Source of the DNA: Antedon mediterranea
Taxonomy: Eukaryota > Animalia > Echinodermata
Assembly (NCBI RefSeq): GCF_964355755.1
Contig: NC_092671.1
Coordinates: 35,164,304-35,228,303, forward strand
DNA length: 64,000 bases
Direction of reading: 5' to 3'
Positions 51,601-64,000 of this stretch are shown here, one piece after another; the stretch's first letter is position 1; each line of letters begins with the position of its first letter. The notes under the pieces are model-generated. The model did not search any database, was not told where the DNA came from, and was given only the letters and a program-made list of their open reading frames with translations. The position numbers were made by a program, and so were the translations under genes.

Positions 51601-54345
51601 TGTAAATGTAAAACATAGTGTAAATTTTCTTTATTCAAATGATTATTGCAAAATTTGCTACTGTTAAACTGTTGTCTAGTAGCATATAAATTTATCTTAA
51701 ATTTACATATTCAATGATATTTAAATTTGTAGACAAATTTACATATTCAACTTATAGTAGGTACAGTATTTCATGATGGTAATTTTGCTTTACCGCTGAT
51801 GAAAATAAGTGGGGTTATTGTTGTTGAAAAGGTTCATTATTATAAACATTAAAAAGTTATGCCCAGAGCTACCCTTTACCGCCAATAATGTTTTCTTTTC
51901 GTTAACAAAACCTTATATTACATAGCCTATGTAAATACGTGAACGTGATTGGTTGAAACTACATCACAAGACTACCGCTGCGAGGATCGTAAATCGTATA
52001 TATCCTCGAGTACGATGATATTGACTGACGAATTATTATTTATTCGACCTATACCTGATAATATTATTAACATTATTAATGTAGGCTTATTGATGAAAAA
52101 TCTTCTGTTATTATTTAAACGACCTAGGCTAGTGATTATTTTATTGCCAAGGAATCTTTAATTAATAATTATCTGTATATTATTCTTCGCATTAGTAAGG
52201 TGTTTAGGCAGCTTGTTTACATACTAAACAAAAAGGAGGCCTAGCCTAGCTACCCGACTCAGCATATATTCTACTTGTTGTTGGCTATGTAATATATCGG
52301 TAAAATATAAGATTTGACAACCCCTTGGGAATGATCTTTTGTTCGAGGGAATATATTTCCCTTCGCGCTTTGGGAAATATATTCCATCGAACAAAATATC
52401 ATTCCCTCTGGGATTTCAAATCTTATATTTAACCTCTAAGCAGTCAATATCTGTATAATAGTTACTAGTCGTTTTCACTCTATATGATAACATTTTATGG
52501 CTGGAGCTACCCTTTAACGTCCACGTTTTAGTTTCCTTTAATAATACAGTACTTTAGTTAATAATCGTTTCCACTCTATATGATGGTATTGAAGGTATAT
52601 GGACTTAAATATAAATATGATTTAATTTTGAAAAATTAAAAGGTGAAGGACATTGTCAGGTTATATTATAATTTGTTTTCTACTCTGATCTGATAATGTT
52701 TTCATTAACAATTATTAAAAGTTGGAATAGGCGATACATTTATTATTCTGAAATACAGGAGACATGCCCTTTGGTGATAGTTGTCTTTGACAGATCTGGT
52801 CTCTCTTCAGTGCTCCTCTTTTATGTTTCCGCACTGAAATGAATAAATAAAATAGGTAGCATAAGTAACCTAGTTAGCAACAACTGCATTCATAGTTTTA
52901 ATTTGAAAAAAAATTCTCTTAGTAATGTGTAAAGAAATTTGTTTCCTAATTAAAATACGTATATTAAAAATTTTTTTTATAAATGGTAAATATTGTTCAT
53001 TTTGGGGGTGTGTTTTATTTATATATTTTGTTTTTAATATGTATGTTGTATTTAATTTTACTACACAGCATTTACTGACCTCTCATAACTCACAACTTTG
53101 ATTAACATTTAAATATTCAGCATTTTTTAAGAACATCCATAACAAACACAGTAAAACCCCCTATTATAGGGGTCACCTATATGATCTTAGGACGTTTCCC
53201 CTTAATAGGGATGTCCCCTGAATAGAAGCTGGCCGCATATGTTAAAAACATATTATTCCTCTTGTACACAAAAAGTTTCCCTTTAATAGGGGGGTCGCAA
53301 AGAAGGGGTTCTAGTGTTACAATTGTACAAGTGATTTAATTTATTAAATTCTAAATCTGGAGGTGTGTGGGTAAAAAATTTCTATTGATCATACATTCCA
53401 ATAATTATCGATCTATAGTTTCTCCTATCTTTCATAATTTTTGGGATTTTATTTGTGTTACAGGAGCTTGTTGAAAATAAGCACTTTCTTATCAGTGGGG
53501 GGAAAGTTCAACTTACACAGTAAAATCTCTATTCTTTTGTACACACATTTTTGTAAATAGAGAGGCATTTTAAAAAATAAACAGTGTGGTAAAAAATGTA
53601 TCAGATGATTAAATATAGGCAATATAACTTGAATTTTATATTTCTGGTATTTTTTTTCAAATTCAGCAAAAATTATCCACCGTATATCCACCATCTTTTT
53701 TTAACTTCTAAGGAGTCACCAGACACGTGAAACTACCTAACCTAGTATCTTGGCAAGGGGAGCATAGTGCGTCCAGTTAGAGTGCAAGCAAACGGGGTGT
53801 GTGATTGACCGATGGTGTGTCGCCAGAAAGTGTACGAAAAGGAGAAGAAAAAACTGAAATTATTGGCTACTTTGATTAAATTTATTCGAATATTCGGCCC
53901 GCCATGTGCATTATATACAATATTGTATTACAACACATTTCTATTTGTAGTAGAATTCATTGACATGATCTACAATAAGTAACCTTTTGATTTTTACTGT
54001 GTTTTATCACTTCTTGATATCGATATTGTGTTGTATTTTTATTTTTTTATATCTATGGGGTATTTATTTGATAATACATGTTTACATCCAAAAAAATAAA
54101 CGCCTCCCCCAAATAAACGCCTCCCTTAAATAAACCCCTCCTGAACAATACGAATAAAATAAATAAGTACGGAGTCTAAAAATCCATTGGACAGTTAAAA
54201 CACCCTGAATATAAATATTCATATTATAAAATGAATATTTATATCCAGGGTTGTCTCAGCGTTAATGAAGCGTATCATCTTGCAGTTGCTTGTTGCACGA
54301 CGTGTGTCTTGAAGTTGAGAGAACTACTAAGAAACAGCAATTATT

Positions 54346-57300
54346 ATGTGGAAGAAGTTACTTTTCATTGGTTTTTTGGCCATATTTGCGCGACACATCT
54401 TCTTAATAGCGTAAGAAAACACATTCTGGTACTTTAGTAAACGTTAAAACTACCTAGACTTTAGACTAGGCATATATACTACTAGGCCATCACTATCTGG
54501 TTAGATTGTAAAGGCCCACCCAGCCATAGGCCTAGTAACTGAATTGGTGGAAGGTAGCGCTTCCGCTCAATCGAAGTCCATATCCGTCAGTGTGACCATA
54601 TCATTCAGTCAAAGACATAACAGATGCTTAGCGTGGTAAATTAGAATTTGTAAACTTTATGCCAAGAGAGCTTGGAAAAAAAGATCAAAAATTAAACATG
54701 TTCAATCTTTATATTAGATTAAGATCTGTATACTATTACTGAACATCAGTTAATTTAAGTTTTAAATTGTTATTTTGTTGTAGACTTTAGTTAATGTTTA
54801 TGCATTTTTGTTTTCACGCTGCTGCTCTAGCCCACTACGTCACACGAGATGACTCATTCATTAGATGAAATCAAGCAGCAGTATAGTACTACACTTTGAC
54901 ATTTTTGTTAAAATGGAAACTCGACTATAATTTATAGGTACCAAATCCAAAAAACGGCTGGGAAAAGAGTCTAATGACAAATCCCAAAGCATTTCTGGTA
55001 TTTATGAGTCCCATGATATTACTATAATTCACTGTCAGATAATCATTGAATTATTATCAAAACAGTCCATTGAAGTTTTTTTTTTTTTTAACCATATTTA
55101 ATGCTAATGCTGATCATTAGGGACCCTCAGAGGTTCACAAGACAAATAAATACACAAGATGCTCTACATAAACAAAGTCTTATTACAAGTCTTAGGGAGT
55201 GGAGTTGTAATTTGGTCCTGAAAATCCTGACATGTGACGGGACTTGAACCCAGGACCCTTGGAATGGTAGCCAAGCATCATAACCACCAAGCCACAACTC
55301 CACTCCTCCTCCACTTTTTGTTTGTAATAGGATACTTGAAGTATCTAGGCGTGATGAAGTGACCCCCAGACTTGACCTTAGCAATAACAATAAGCGAGCA
55401 GCGTTTTTTGTAAGAAATATTCTTGTTTACATAGTTGTTTAGTTAAGTTTGTGAATTTGTAATTTCTACTTACGAACGCACCAATTGTCATTGATTGAGT
55501 GCCACCGATTTAAAGGTGTAAGTTCAAATAAATATACTATACTATGACTTTTAAGTTTTACCAACTACCAAATCGCATCTTAAAGATATATTGTCCCCCT
55601 GAAATTTTTTTTTTTTAATACCTTGTTTTGAATACGCCATTTTTATCCACTTTGGCCAAAAACTGGATCGAAAAAAAAATGTATTTACCCAGCCAAAGTT
55701 TTTTGGGGTTTTTTTTGGATTCTTTTGTCTTTTTATAAGTTAAATAATTATTTTGTGAATTTTTTTTTACAGAAGTGAATTTATTAAAACTGAAAAATGG
55801 CCTATTCAAAATCTGATTTTATTAATCTTTATTTTGCATGTTTGTGGGGACAATACATCTTTAATGATTTTTACCAAATACCAAATCATATCTTAATAAA
55901 AATTTGACTTTTGCTTTTGAAATTCTTTTTTAGACAAATCATGGGTATATTTAAAACTATCCACAATCATAAACCAGGTCCATGCAGAGTAGTACCTGGT
56001 ATAGGTAAGTTCAATACTGCATCTCTCTTACAGGGTGTATCATAAGCCCCGTCGAGGCTTTGACACCTTGCGCGGTAAAGTGTATCACTTTGGCGCCAAT
56101 TCAATTAACAATAATAATGTCGAACTGGAGGGATAATGAGATAAGAGAGCTGCTTAAAATAAGGGGACAAGAAGAAATTTGTAGCATAATCTATAGGCCT
56201 AGGCCATAGCTCTTTGTTGGTGCCTGACCCTTCGTCATCTTGTAAATTGTACAGTTTTACAGATTGCCGATGAGGGCTAATTATTTGCTGTACCTGTATA
56301 ATATATGCACAATATACTGTACATAGCATGTATTGCATAAATATGCTATAAAGGAAGATAATAATCTGTAACTTAAAATTCGCCGCCATATATCGCTAGA
56401 CAAAAATAATAACAATAAAGGACGCCCTCAATAATTATTTTGTCACGAGACTTTTTATTGGCCAAATATGCCCGACTCCTTTCTCACAGAAAGCCGGTAT
56501 ATACCGTTTATATTTCGGGCACGATAGTCCGATGAGAATGGGTATATGCCGGTAACGATACCGGCACGACGCCAGCATAATACCGGTATATTGCAGGCAC
56601 ATCTGTGAGAAAGGGGCTATAGAGACCTGATTTAGGAACCCTAAGTGGCCCTCTCCAACGCTGGAGGTCTTGGACTTTCTCGAAATATTTTACTGTCTGT
56701 TTTTTATCCTCTGGGCACTGCTCAGGGACCCCCATAAGCTTTGGGGCCCCCATAAGCTCCAGGGCCCCTGTGTTTAGCCAGTGAGTGCTCATAGCCGTTA
56801 CGCTACTGCTCGCTTATAAATTGTTCTGTTAGAATCAGTGGCGTATCCAGTAGGGGGGCCGAGGGGGCCCGGGCCCCCCCTGATTTCGTTTCCGTCGGCA
56901 CATCATCGCGGCCGTCGGCAAACAAAGGTGCCGGGGAAAAAAATAAACTATTTATTCTGACAATAATTGAACTGTAAACATAATTTTTTTGAGTGTTTGT
57001 TTATTTACATATCATATCATCATTGATCCCTTCAGATCAACTATTTTTTATTTTCATTACATCTAACGAAACACGTTAAAAATGTGTAGCACGTACGTAC
57101 GGCCGTACGCGGTAGATTGTTTACTCAAAAGTCTTTGACCTTACCCTAAAACCTTGTTTTTGCATGCAGTTGAGCCTCTCATGACCTGAGATTTGTATGT
57201 CTTTCCTACGCTAAGAGATTATATAGTTCCACATGCCATGTGCTTTTTTGTCTAAGATATATTTATTATAAGTGCCAAAAACCCGTTTTTTTTTCTCGAT

Positions 57301-60300
57301 ATGAGGCCTTTATTATTCAAAATTTTTAAAGAAAAAGCACATATACCATAAAAAATATCCATGTATTTCATTTTTGGAACAGAATATTCCGTGAGGCTCA
57401 ACTACAAAATCACCATTTTGTGATATGATGTCATCGTAAGCCAATCAAAGCTGAGCTTTCTCGCGATTGGCATTGCTCACGGTTGAATGATTTAGGATTC
57501 TAGCTGATTTGATTGGTGGATGCGAATCACCCGCAGCGGAATGTTTTCTCTCGCGCGTGTACCATGAATCTCTCTGATCGTTACTACACAAAGTTAGAGC
57601 AATGAATTTGTCCGAATTCCGTTAAGTAAACAACTTTATATATTTTATAAGCATTTAATAACATGTTTTATTGATATTTCCAATGGTGATATATAAAATA
57701 AATTACTAAAAAACGTAATTATATGTAATTATTTTAACCAAAAATGGCGTAGTTAATAGAATTGTCGACTGAGGCCGCAAATTTTTTTACTTCTTTCGTG
57801 GCTAAAAACGATCATTTTTGGCGATGTTTTAGACCCTATATTTCGAAAACTACAAGTCAGATTTTCCTAATTCTTTCTTCATTGTAATATGAATACAACA
57901 TACTAACAGATAATGTTGGTTTGGTTTTAATTTTGCATCGTTATCCCATATAAGACAAAGACAATATGACTATGTAATCCTAGAACATATATTGATCAGA
58001 GACGTCGTGTATGTACAGATAATGACACCAATTTTGTCGGCAAATTGGCAATTCCCGGCCCCCCCAACTTCAAAATCCTGGATACGCCACTGGTTAGAAT
58101 ACAAAGCTATCAGGATACAGTGTACCTACGGTACAGGTTGTAATCTAGTAGCCATCTGGGTGATGAGAAATTGTAAATGCGGAACTACAGTATTGCATTA
58201 TAAGGCTTATAATATTCTTTTGAAAAAAAATGACACGTACGATGTCTGGAAATTGCATTATTGTTATTACATACAGCAAAACATAATTGAGGTTTTGCAT
58301 GGAAAGCCTAGGTGGGTCTAGGCCTAAACCAGCACATCATATTGCATTTTTTGGGGTGTGGCTGTAATATTATGTACTATTGCATTTGAATTCAATAGAC
58401 CCAATTTACAATTATTTTTGGTTTTTATTTTTACATTTTAGTTAATGGTTCCGAGGACATCTATGTGCTGCCAAATGGACTGGCGTTCATCAGTTCGGTA
58501 ATAACATTTTCTCAAATCAATACAAATTATATGTTTAATAGAATGGTTTAATATTATAATATAGATTAGAATCCCAAAATCATTGCATTATTAAGCTCTG
58601 TCTACACTAACAAACAAACAAAATGTGACACGATGATGTCATATTATCACTACCATATTATTTAGGAACATCACACTTTATTTGTCAAACTAGTTTGATA
58701 ATGTACCGTACTGGATCATTTTGCATTATCAACATTTTTACAGTAATGATTAGAGTGTGCGCGCTTTCCGTTTTGACATCTAATTTAAAATTATGAATTA
58801 CTATTTGCTGTCTATTTTATGCCAGACTATTATTATTAATTGTTAGCCCTCCACCATTTAAAAAATCTAAGAATTGGCTCTAGTATCGCAATGCATAATT
58901 AGGCCAATTTACATAGAAAATCGGTAACGGTAAGCGGAAAACCGCGTACTGTAGCTTGTCCCACATAGAATCTGTATCTATCCTGAGCGGAAACCGCCCA
59001 TCCGCTCCGCACTTTGTGTAAAACATCAAAAAGAATAACATAGATTCTATATTTTCATTACCGTTACCGCTTGGCTGGGTAATTTGGCCTTTAGACTGTA
59101 ATCACAAATTGTCACAATTTCAGTATAGTTTTTGTCTATAATTATAGGGTATTTCAATGGAACATTATACAGAAGGGAATGATCCTAGAATACGCCAGTT
59201 TGAAGGAGGCATTTACCGATTTGATTTTAACAAACCAGACGAAGAAGCAAAGCTTATACCGATAGAGGGCGATGTTCTTAAAAATAATGGCTTAAGACCG
59301 CATGGCCTTGATGTATGGCAAGACGGAAAAACAGGTTTTTTTATGTTTGTTTTTCAATTTCACGGCAAGTATTTGCTATATGACTTCTTCAAGCCCATTG
59401 GAGGAATTTATAAGGTTCAATTTCACATTAAAAATAGAATTATGATAATATATTTTGCAATTATATCAAATTTCATAGAAAATATTAATTAACAAACTTA
59501 CTTACTTTAGTTTACCGACATGTTATTAATAAGCATGTCAGATTTGAATCAATATTTATTTTTTCTACCAGAAACAATTAATAAACATACCTCCTTGACG
59601 GAGGTAAATAATAAGAAAATATTAATAAACTATCTTTAGTGAAAACACGGCGGTGCCTGGTAGTTGACCGTTTATTCGGCAATTTTTTACTAAATTAATT
59701 GTATAATAATAATAATAATAATAAACAATATTTATATAGCGCCTAATGGATCACTGACCCCTCTAGGTGCTTTACATTAGACCTTAACTAATGGTAATAG
59801 TTAAGTTAAGTGGCCGAGCGGTTAAGACAGTGGAACCGTAATCACGTAGCCATAACATCGGCAGGGGTTCGAGGCTCACTCACTCCATGGTTCTGGTGGT
59901 AGAACGAGTCTTCTCGGATAAGGACTATAAACCGTAGGTCCAGTGTACACAACTTGCTCGTATGCACTTTAAAGAACCTAGTACATCTTTCGAGACGAGT
60001 AGGGGGTTACCCCGGTGTATTAGTATATCACAGCCACTGATCACCAACTGGGCCCTCTGGGAGACCAGTCTTTGACTGAAGAGGTTACCCAGTATAAATA
60101 TATATTTCAATCAATCAATCAATCCCCCGCCGGACACCATTCCGGTATTTCTTAGAAAAAATAAAACGAACAATTAAATATCCACATAGAATTTAACATG
60201 ATGTTGGCATGTAGTTGATAATATTTTTTATTCTGAAAACACTACTAGTGATCCAGGCTTAGATTAGTGTGACCATCATAAAAAGTTATATACATCGCGG

Positions 60301-63300
60301 CGCGCCCTACCGCATTACTTTTACAGGGAAAACTGTGGAATACTCATTTTTGTGATATATATTCTTTGGTTTTATTCATCTTTTCAGAGAAGGTACGTCT
60401 GTTTGTTGTGAATCACTATGCACCTGTGGACGTAATAGAAGTCTTTGATTTCGATCAAGAAAGGATAGTTTTGAAGCATCATAAAACCATCAAAGACAAA
60501 CTGTTTTACAGGTAAATTGTTGGCCCATGATGGTGGCAGGGATGTAGCCATAAAGTGGTCCGGTTTTTTGCAAGAAAAGGGAAAAATCGCTATTCAAGCC
60601 ACTGGGTTGTCAAAGGCCTCTATGGAAAAGTGGTCAGGTTGAAGCCTTACAAACCATAGTGGCTACAGCCCTGGTTGGCATTCAGAAAAGAGCAATTGTG
60701 ACACTATTGACTGGATTCACTAACCAATCAATTCAAGTCGCCATGGACTAGAACGTTTTTAGAATTCAAACAACTGCTGTAGGTGTAGACCTTAAACCAG
60801 AATTAGATCATCAAAAATACTTTGTTAAAGTTTTACCCATTAATTGCCAACACTTAGGGAAAATGGCCATTTGCTCATGGTTAATGCATTATATTTTTTG
60901 GTAGTGTATTGCATTGTTTAATTAAAGATAAGCTCTATTTTCCAACTAGTCTCTTCCAACCAGAACTGCATTTGTTATTTCTGTATGGATAGTAGACACT
61001 GTACAGAGGGAAGCCTCTGGATGACAGGATGATGAAGACTAACCAAGCCCTAACTGAATTAAAACAATAGTTGATTTATGTTACCATTTGATTTGAAATG
61101 ATTTGAGTTTTGCTATAGACCAAAGACCAATCCATTTGGAAAAATTAGAATGTACTCAATTGTCGAAAAAAATGTTGGACTTTAGGCCAAATAAAAAAAA
61201 ATACTTGTTAAGCGTCACACCCTCATAAATTTTCAGGGGCGGGGGGACGGTTTTTTTTTTTTTTCCTTTTTATGGAGGTATATTTTTGCGCGATGGACGT
61301 TTTGGCCCACTTTTTTTTAGGACGAAACGTCAAACTTTTAAAATGCGAAACAGAACAAAATTGACTATGTATGAAAATTGAGTTTTGTATTGTTTTATCC
61401 AGACGTAATTAAAACATTAAATTTAATTGCCACCGAGCGAAATTGTAGGCCCTAGGCTAATCTGTCCAAGCTGCCACCCCCGCCTCACTCATCGGCCATG
61501 GTCCGCCGTCTCTCGCTCGACTCATCTATCCAGGAAATTCCCTATCGCGAGAAGCATGATGTTGGTCTCAATAATACTAAATAGTGGGCTGATTTTGAAA
61601 ACAGCTTACGGCATTTCTTAAGTGAATTTTTATTCAACGTATTCATTCTTCTTTGATGAATCCTTTGCCAATTGCTGTGTAAATCCGTATTTAAAGTTGT
61701 AATGCGAAAAGTGTGTGTAATTATTCCACAGGTAAACCAGGCATAAGAAAACCCATCGCCCAACAGGACCTCGTGGTGTGCCGATCTCGAGCGCGAGAAC
61801 ATCGTAAAAAAAATTGGTAGAGTCCATTATGTATGGGGTGTTTCCTATTTACGAACCTATAAAAAACGCGCTTCGACCACTGTGTAGGCAAAATATTTAT
61901 TTCGTTAAATCCCTAAATTGATAATCGTGTATTCTGTAATCACGTGACTGATGATGTAATCCTCAGCGACGTACTAAATGCACGTGATTTAATGTGTTGG
62001 GGGAAAAAGCTTGCTGTTTACCACATTACATGATTCGCGGTGCTATTCGCGTTTCCTTGACGTAAATCGGCGGCGTGTAAATGAAACAATTGTTTTCACC
62101 AAATTGCCGTTGTCAACATAGAGCGATCGGTGGCTAGCTAGCGTGGCTAAGCTAAGAAGTACGTATTTTTCAAAAATTACACCAGCCTAGCAAACATTTG
62201 CTAGTTTTGAAATTTTCAACTAGCAATTATGAAGAATCTACTAGCAAAATGCTAGTTTGCTAGCGTGAATTCTGAGCCCTGCTCTGGAGCTGGGCCGGGC
62301 CGCTGAACTTTCCGTTGTATATGGGTTAAAAAAAATAAAAAATAAAAAGAGAGGCGGCTGGATAATCAGGAGCGGGCGCTGACGCTTAACAAGTATGTTT
62401 TTTTATTTGGCCTTATTGTAAAAAAAAAATTAAATGTTATCTAATGACATATGTAGTAATATTTATGAACAAAAATTTTAAGACTTGATATTATCATGAT
62501 ATTATGTAGTGAAAAATGGTTTTCTGTCTTTTTTAACAGTGTTAACGATGTAGCAGCTACTGGGCCCGATAGCTTTTACTTCACCAATGACGGGTACCAC
62601 CATGGTATAAAGCGTGTATTTGAAGGCCTGTTGATGAGAGCATGGTCTAACATTGGATACTATGATGGTAAAGAAGCAAAGATTATTATGGACGGTGGCC
62701 ATGGATTTAATGGAATCAACATGTCACCAGATAAAAAGTAATTTACTCAAAAATATAGTTGTCCCTACTATAACGCACTGTTTTCGCAATTGTACCCAAA
62801 AGATACTATGCTATTTATTTCGCATTTTCTTTTATTATATTATAGAATAGTGTATGTGAATGAAGTTTTGGCCGGTGGGGCAATGCATATATGGCAACGA
62901 GAATCGGATAATTCGCTGTCGTTGATTGAAGTAAGCACATTGGTCACATGACTTTGCAGTGTAACTTGAGTGAACTGCACATATGTGTGGCTGCACATAT
63001 GTGTTGAAGACAAACTAGAGTTACTCTACTACTTTCATCTCCCCTAAGGGTCTCTTCGTGCCAAGCAGTTAATAAATAACGATAATTTGTCTGTCCACAT
63101 GGGCTGCCAGAGCCAGTACACCGTGGTAACCCCTACTACTACAAGATGCATTTTCCAGTGCACACAACCTACAGTACTTAGACTTGTTTATGGTTAAAGA
63201 GAGCCGTGAACCACGGTTTACCCATGTCTTAATGCTCGGCCAAACATTTTATTTCAATCTGTTTTGTTGATCAAAGTTGTTTAGGTTTACCATAGTGCTT

Positions 63301-63894
63301 ACAGTATTTTACAATATCTTGAGGGCCTAGCATTGTTCTTATTTTACATAAGTACAAAATTTGATAAATAATTGTATATAAGTACACAACTTAATTGTAT
63401 ATAAGTTCACAACTTATTTGTATATAAGTACACAACTTAATGGTACATAAGTACACAACTTAATTGTATATAAGTACACAACTTAATTGTATATAAGTAC
63501 ACAACTTAATGGTACATAAGTACACAACTTGATTGTATATAAGTACACAACTTGATTGTATATAAGTACACAACTTATTTGTATATAAGTACACAACTTA
63601 ATGGTACATAAGTACACAACTTAATTGTATATAAGTACACAACTTAATTGTATATAAGTACACAACTTAATGGTACATAAGTACACAACTTAATGGTACA
63701 TAAGTACACAACTTAATTGTATATAAGTACACAACTTTATTGTAAATTTTTTTTTTTTCCAGAGTATGAAGTTTGACAGTCTTTGTGACAATGTGTTTGT
63801 TGATGAGGCTGGTGATATCTGGCAAGGTTGTCATCCAATTGGTCACATGTTTCAGTCACATGCACAGAACTTGTCATTACCATCTCCGTCTCAG
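54346..63894 (+). CDS. Paraoxonase/arylesterase (PON family), copy 2, last exon beyond window
   Basis: join(54346..54410,55934..56004,58442..58497,59148..59334,60388..60511,62540..62737,62846..62930,63763..63894,...). Exon sizes are identical to copy 1, the frame is open and splice sites are intact. Retains WQGCHP. Confidence 0.92.
56836..58092. mobile_element. Non-autonomous hAT-like element
   Basis: TIR CAGTGGCGTATCCAG / CTGGATACGCCACTG, perfect 8-bp TSD GTTAGAAT; absent from PON copy 1. Confidence 0.85.
59803..60124 (+). mobile_element. tRNA-derived SINE with MetaSINE-like central domain
   Basis: A box TGGCCGAGCGG, B box GGTTCGAGGC, central GATAAGGACTATAAACCGTAGGTCC...GCACTTTAAAGAACC (recalled as Meta-domain-like), (CAAT)n tail. 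Confidence 0.75.
61185..62412. mobile_element. Non-autonomous PIF/Harbinger-like element
   Basis: About 30-bp TIR GGCCAAATAAAAAAA.ATACTTGTTAAGCGTCA with 3-bp TSD TTA; absent from PON copy 1. Confidence 0.82.
63348..63742. repeat. 23-bp minisatellite (TAAGTACACAACTTAATTGTATA), about 17 copies, in PON copy 2 intron 7
   Basis: Directly visible; not present in the paralogous intron of copy 1. Confidence 0.95.
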
Positions 63895-64000
63895 GTAAGT
63901 GACTTCCGACAACATTTGCAAATTCCTATTGGTTAGTATAACAAGTAAAATTTGCTGGAGTTGTTTTTATATTTATTATTATAAGAGTAGCCTCTTCAGT

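Larger units (their letters stand above)
43070..52909 (+). repeat. First unit (about 9.8 kb) of the tandem segmental duplication carrying the PON genes; second unit starts at about 52910
   Basis: ATTCTCT.AGTAATGTGTAAAGAAATTTG occurs at about 43073 and 52913. Upstream regions, a shared MITE (43318..43480 / 53148..53315), exons and intron flanks are collinear. Confidence 0.85.

Noticed and set aside
51910-52460. Crypton-like non-autonomous element
   Set aside because: Internal palindromes and a TGTATAAT end are suggestive, but boundaries and family cannot be established from this window.
59803-59880. tRNA gene
   Set aside because: A and B boxes continue into a SINE body and tail; no proper cloverleaf.

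Overview
AT-rich, intron-rich animal genomic DNA. It is probably a marine invertebrate, inferred from the gene and transposon content. Five spliced protein-coding genes can be assembled with GT-AG junctions and consistent phases: (1) the 3' part of a USP6NL/RN-tre-like TBC RabGAP (+, 393..23576); (2) a small secreted two-domain antistasin-like gene (-, 28945..30545); (3) a cytosolic 5'-nucleotidase III gene with an N-terminal hydrophobic anchor (+, 35237..40970); (4-5) two tandem paraoxonase/arylesterase genes (+, 45128..50795 and 54346..beyond 63894). Between the head-to-head antistasin and NT5C3 genes lie a non-autonomous LTR element whose 5' LTR has collapsed into a 96-bp palindrome, a 298-bp duplication and a solo LTR. 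The rest is minisatellites, MITEs, Helentron-like elements and tRNA-derived SINEs. The most unusual signals are tiny CAT...ATG hairpins with 7-bp target duplications that look like P-element-type excision footprints, 5-bp TA-CAG/CTG-TA footprints visible by comparing duplicated sequences, and a His-to-Gln active-site difference between the paraoxonase copies. All family assignments come from motif recognition; no database search was run.
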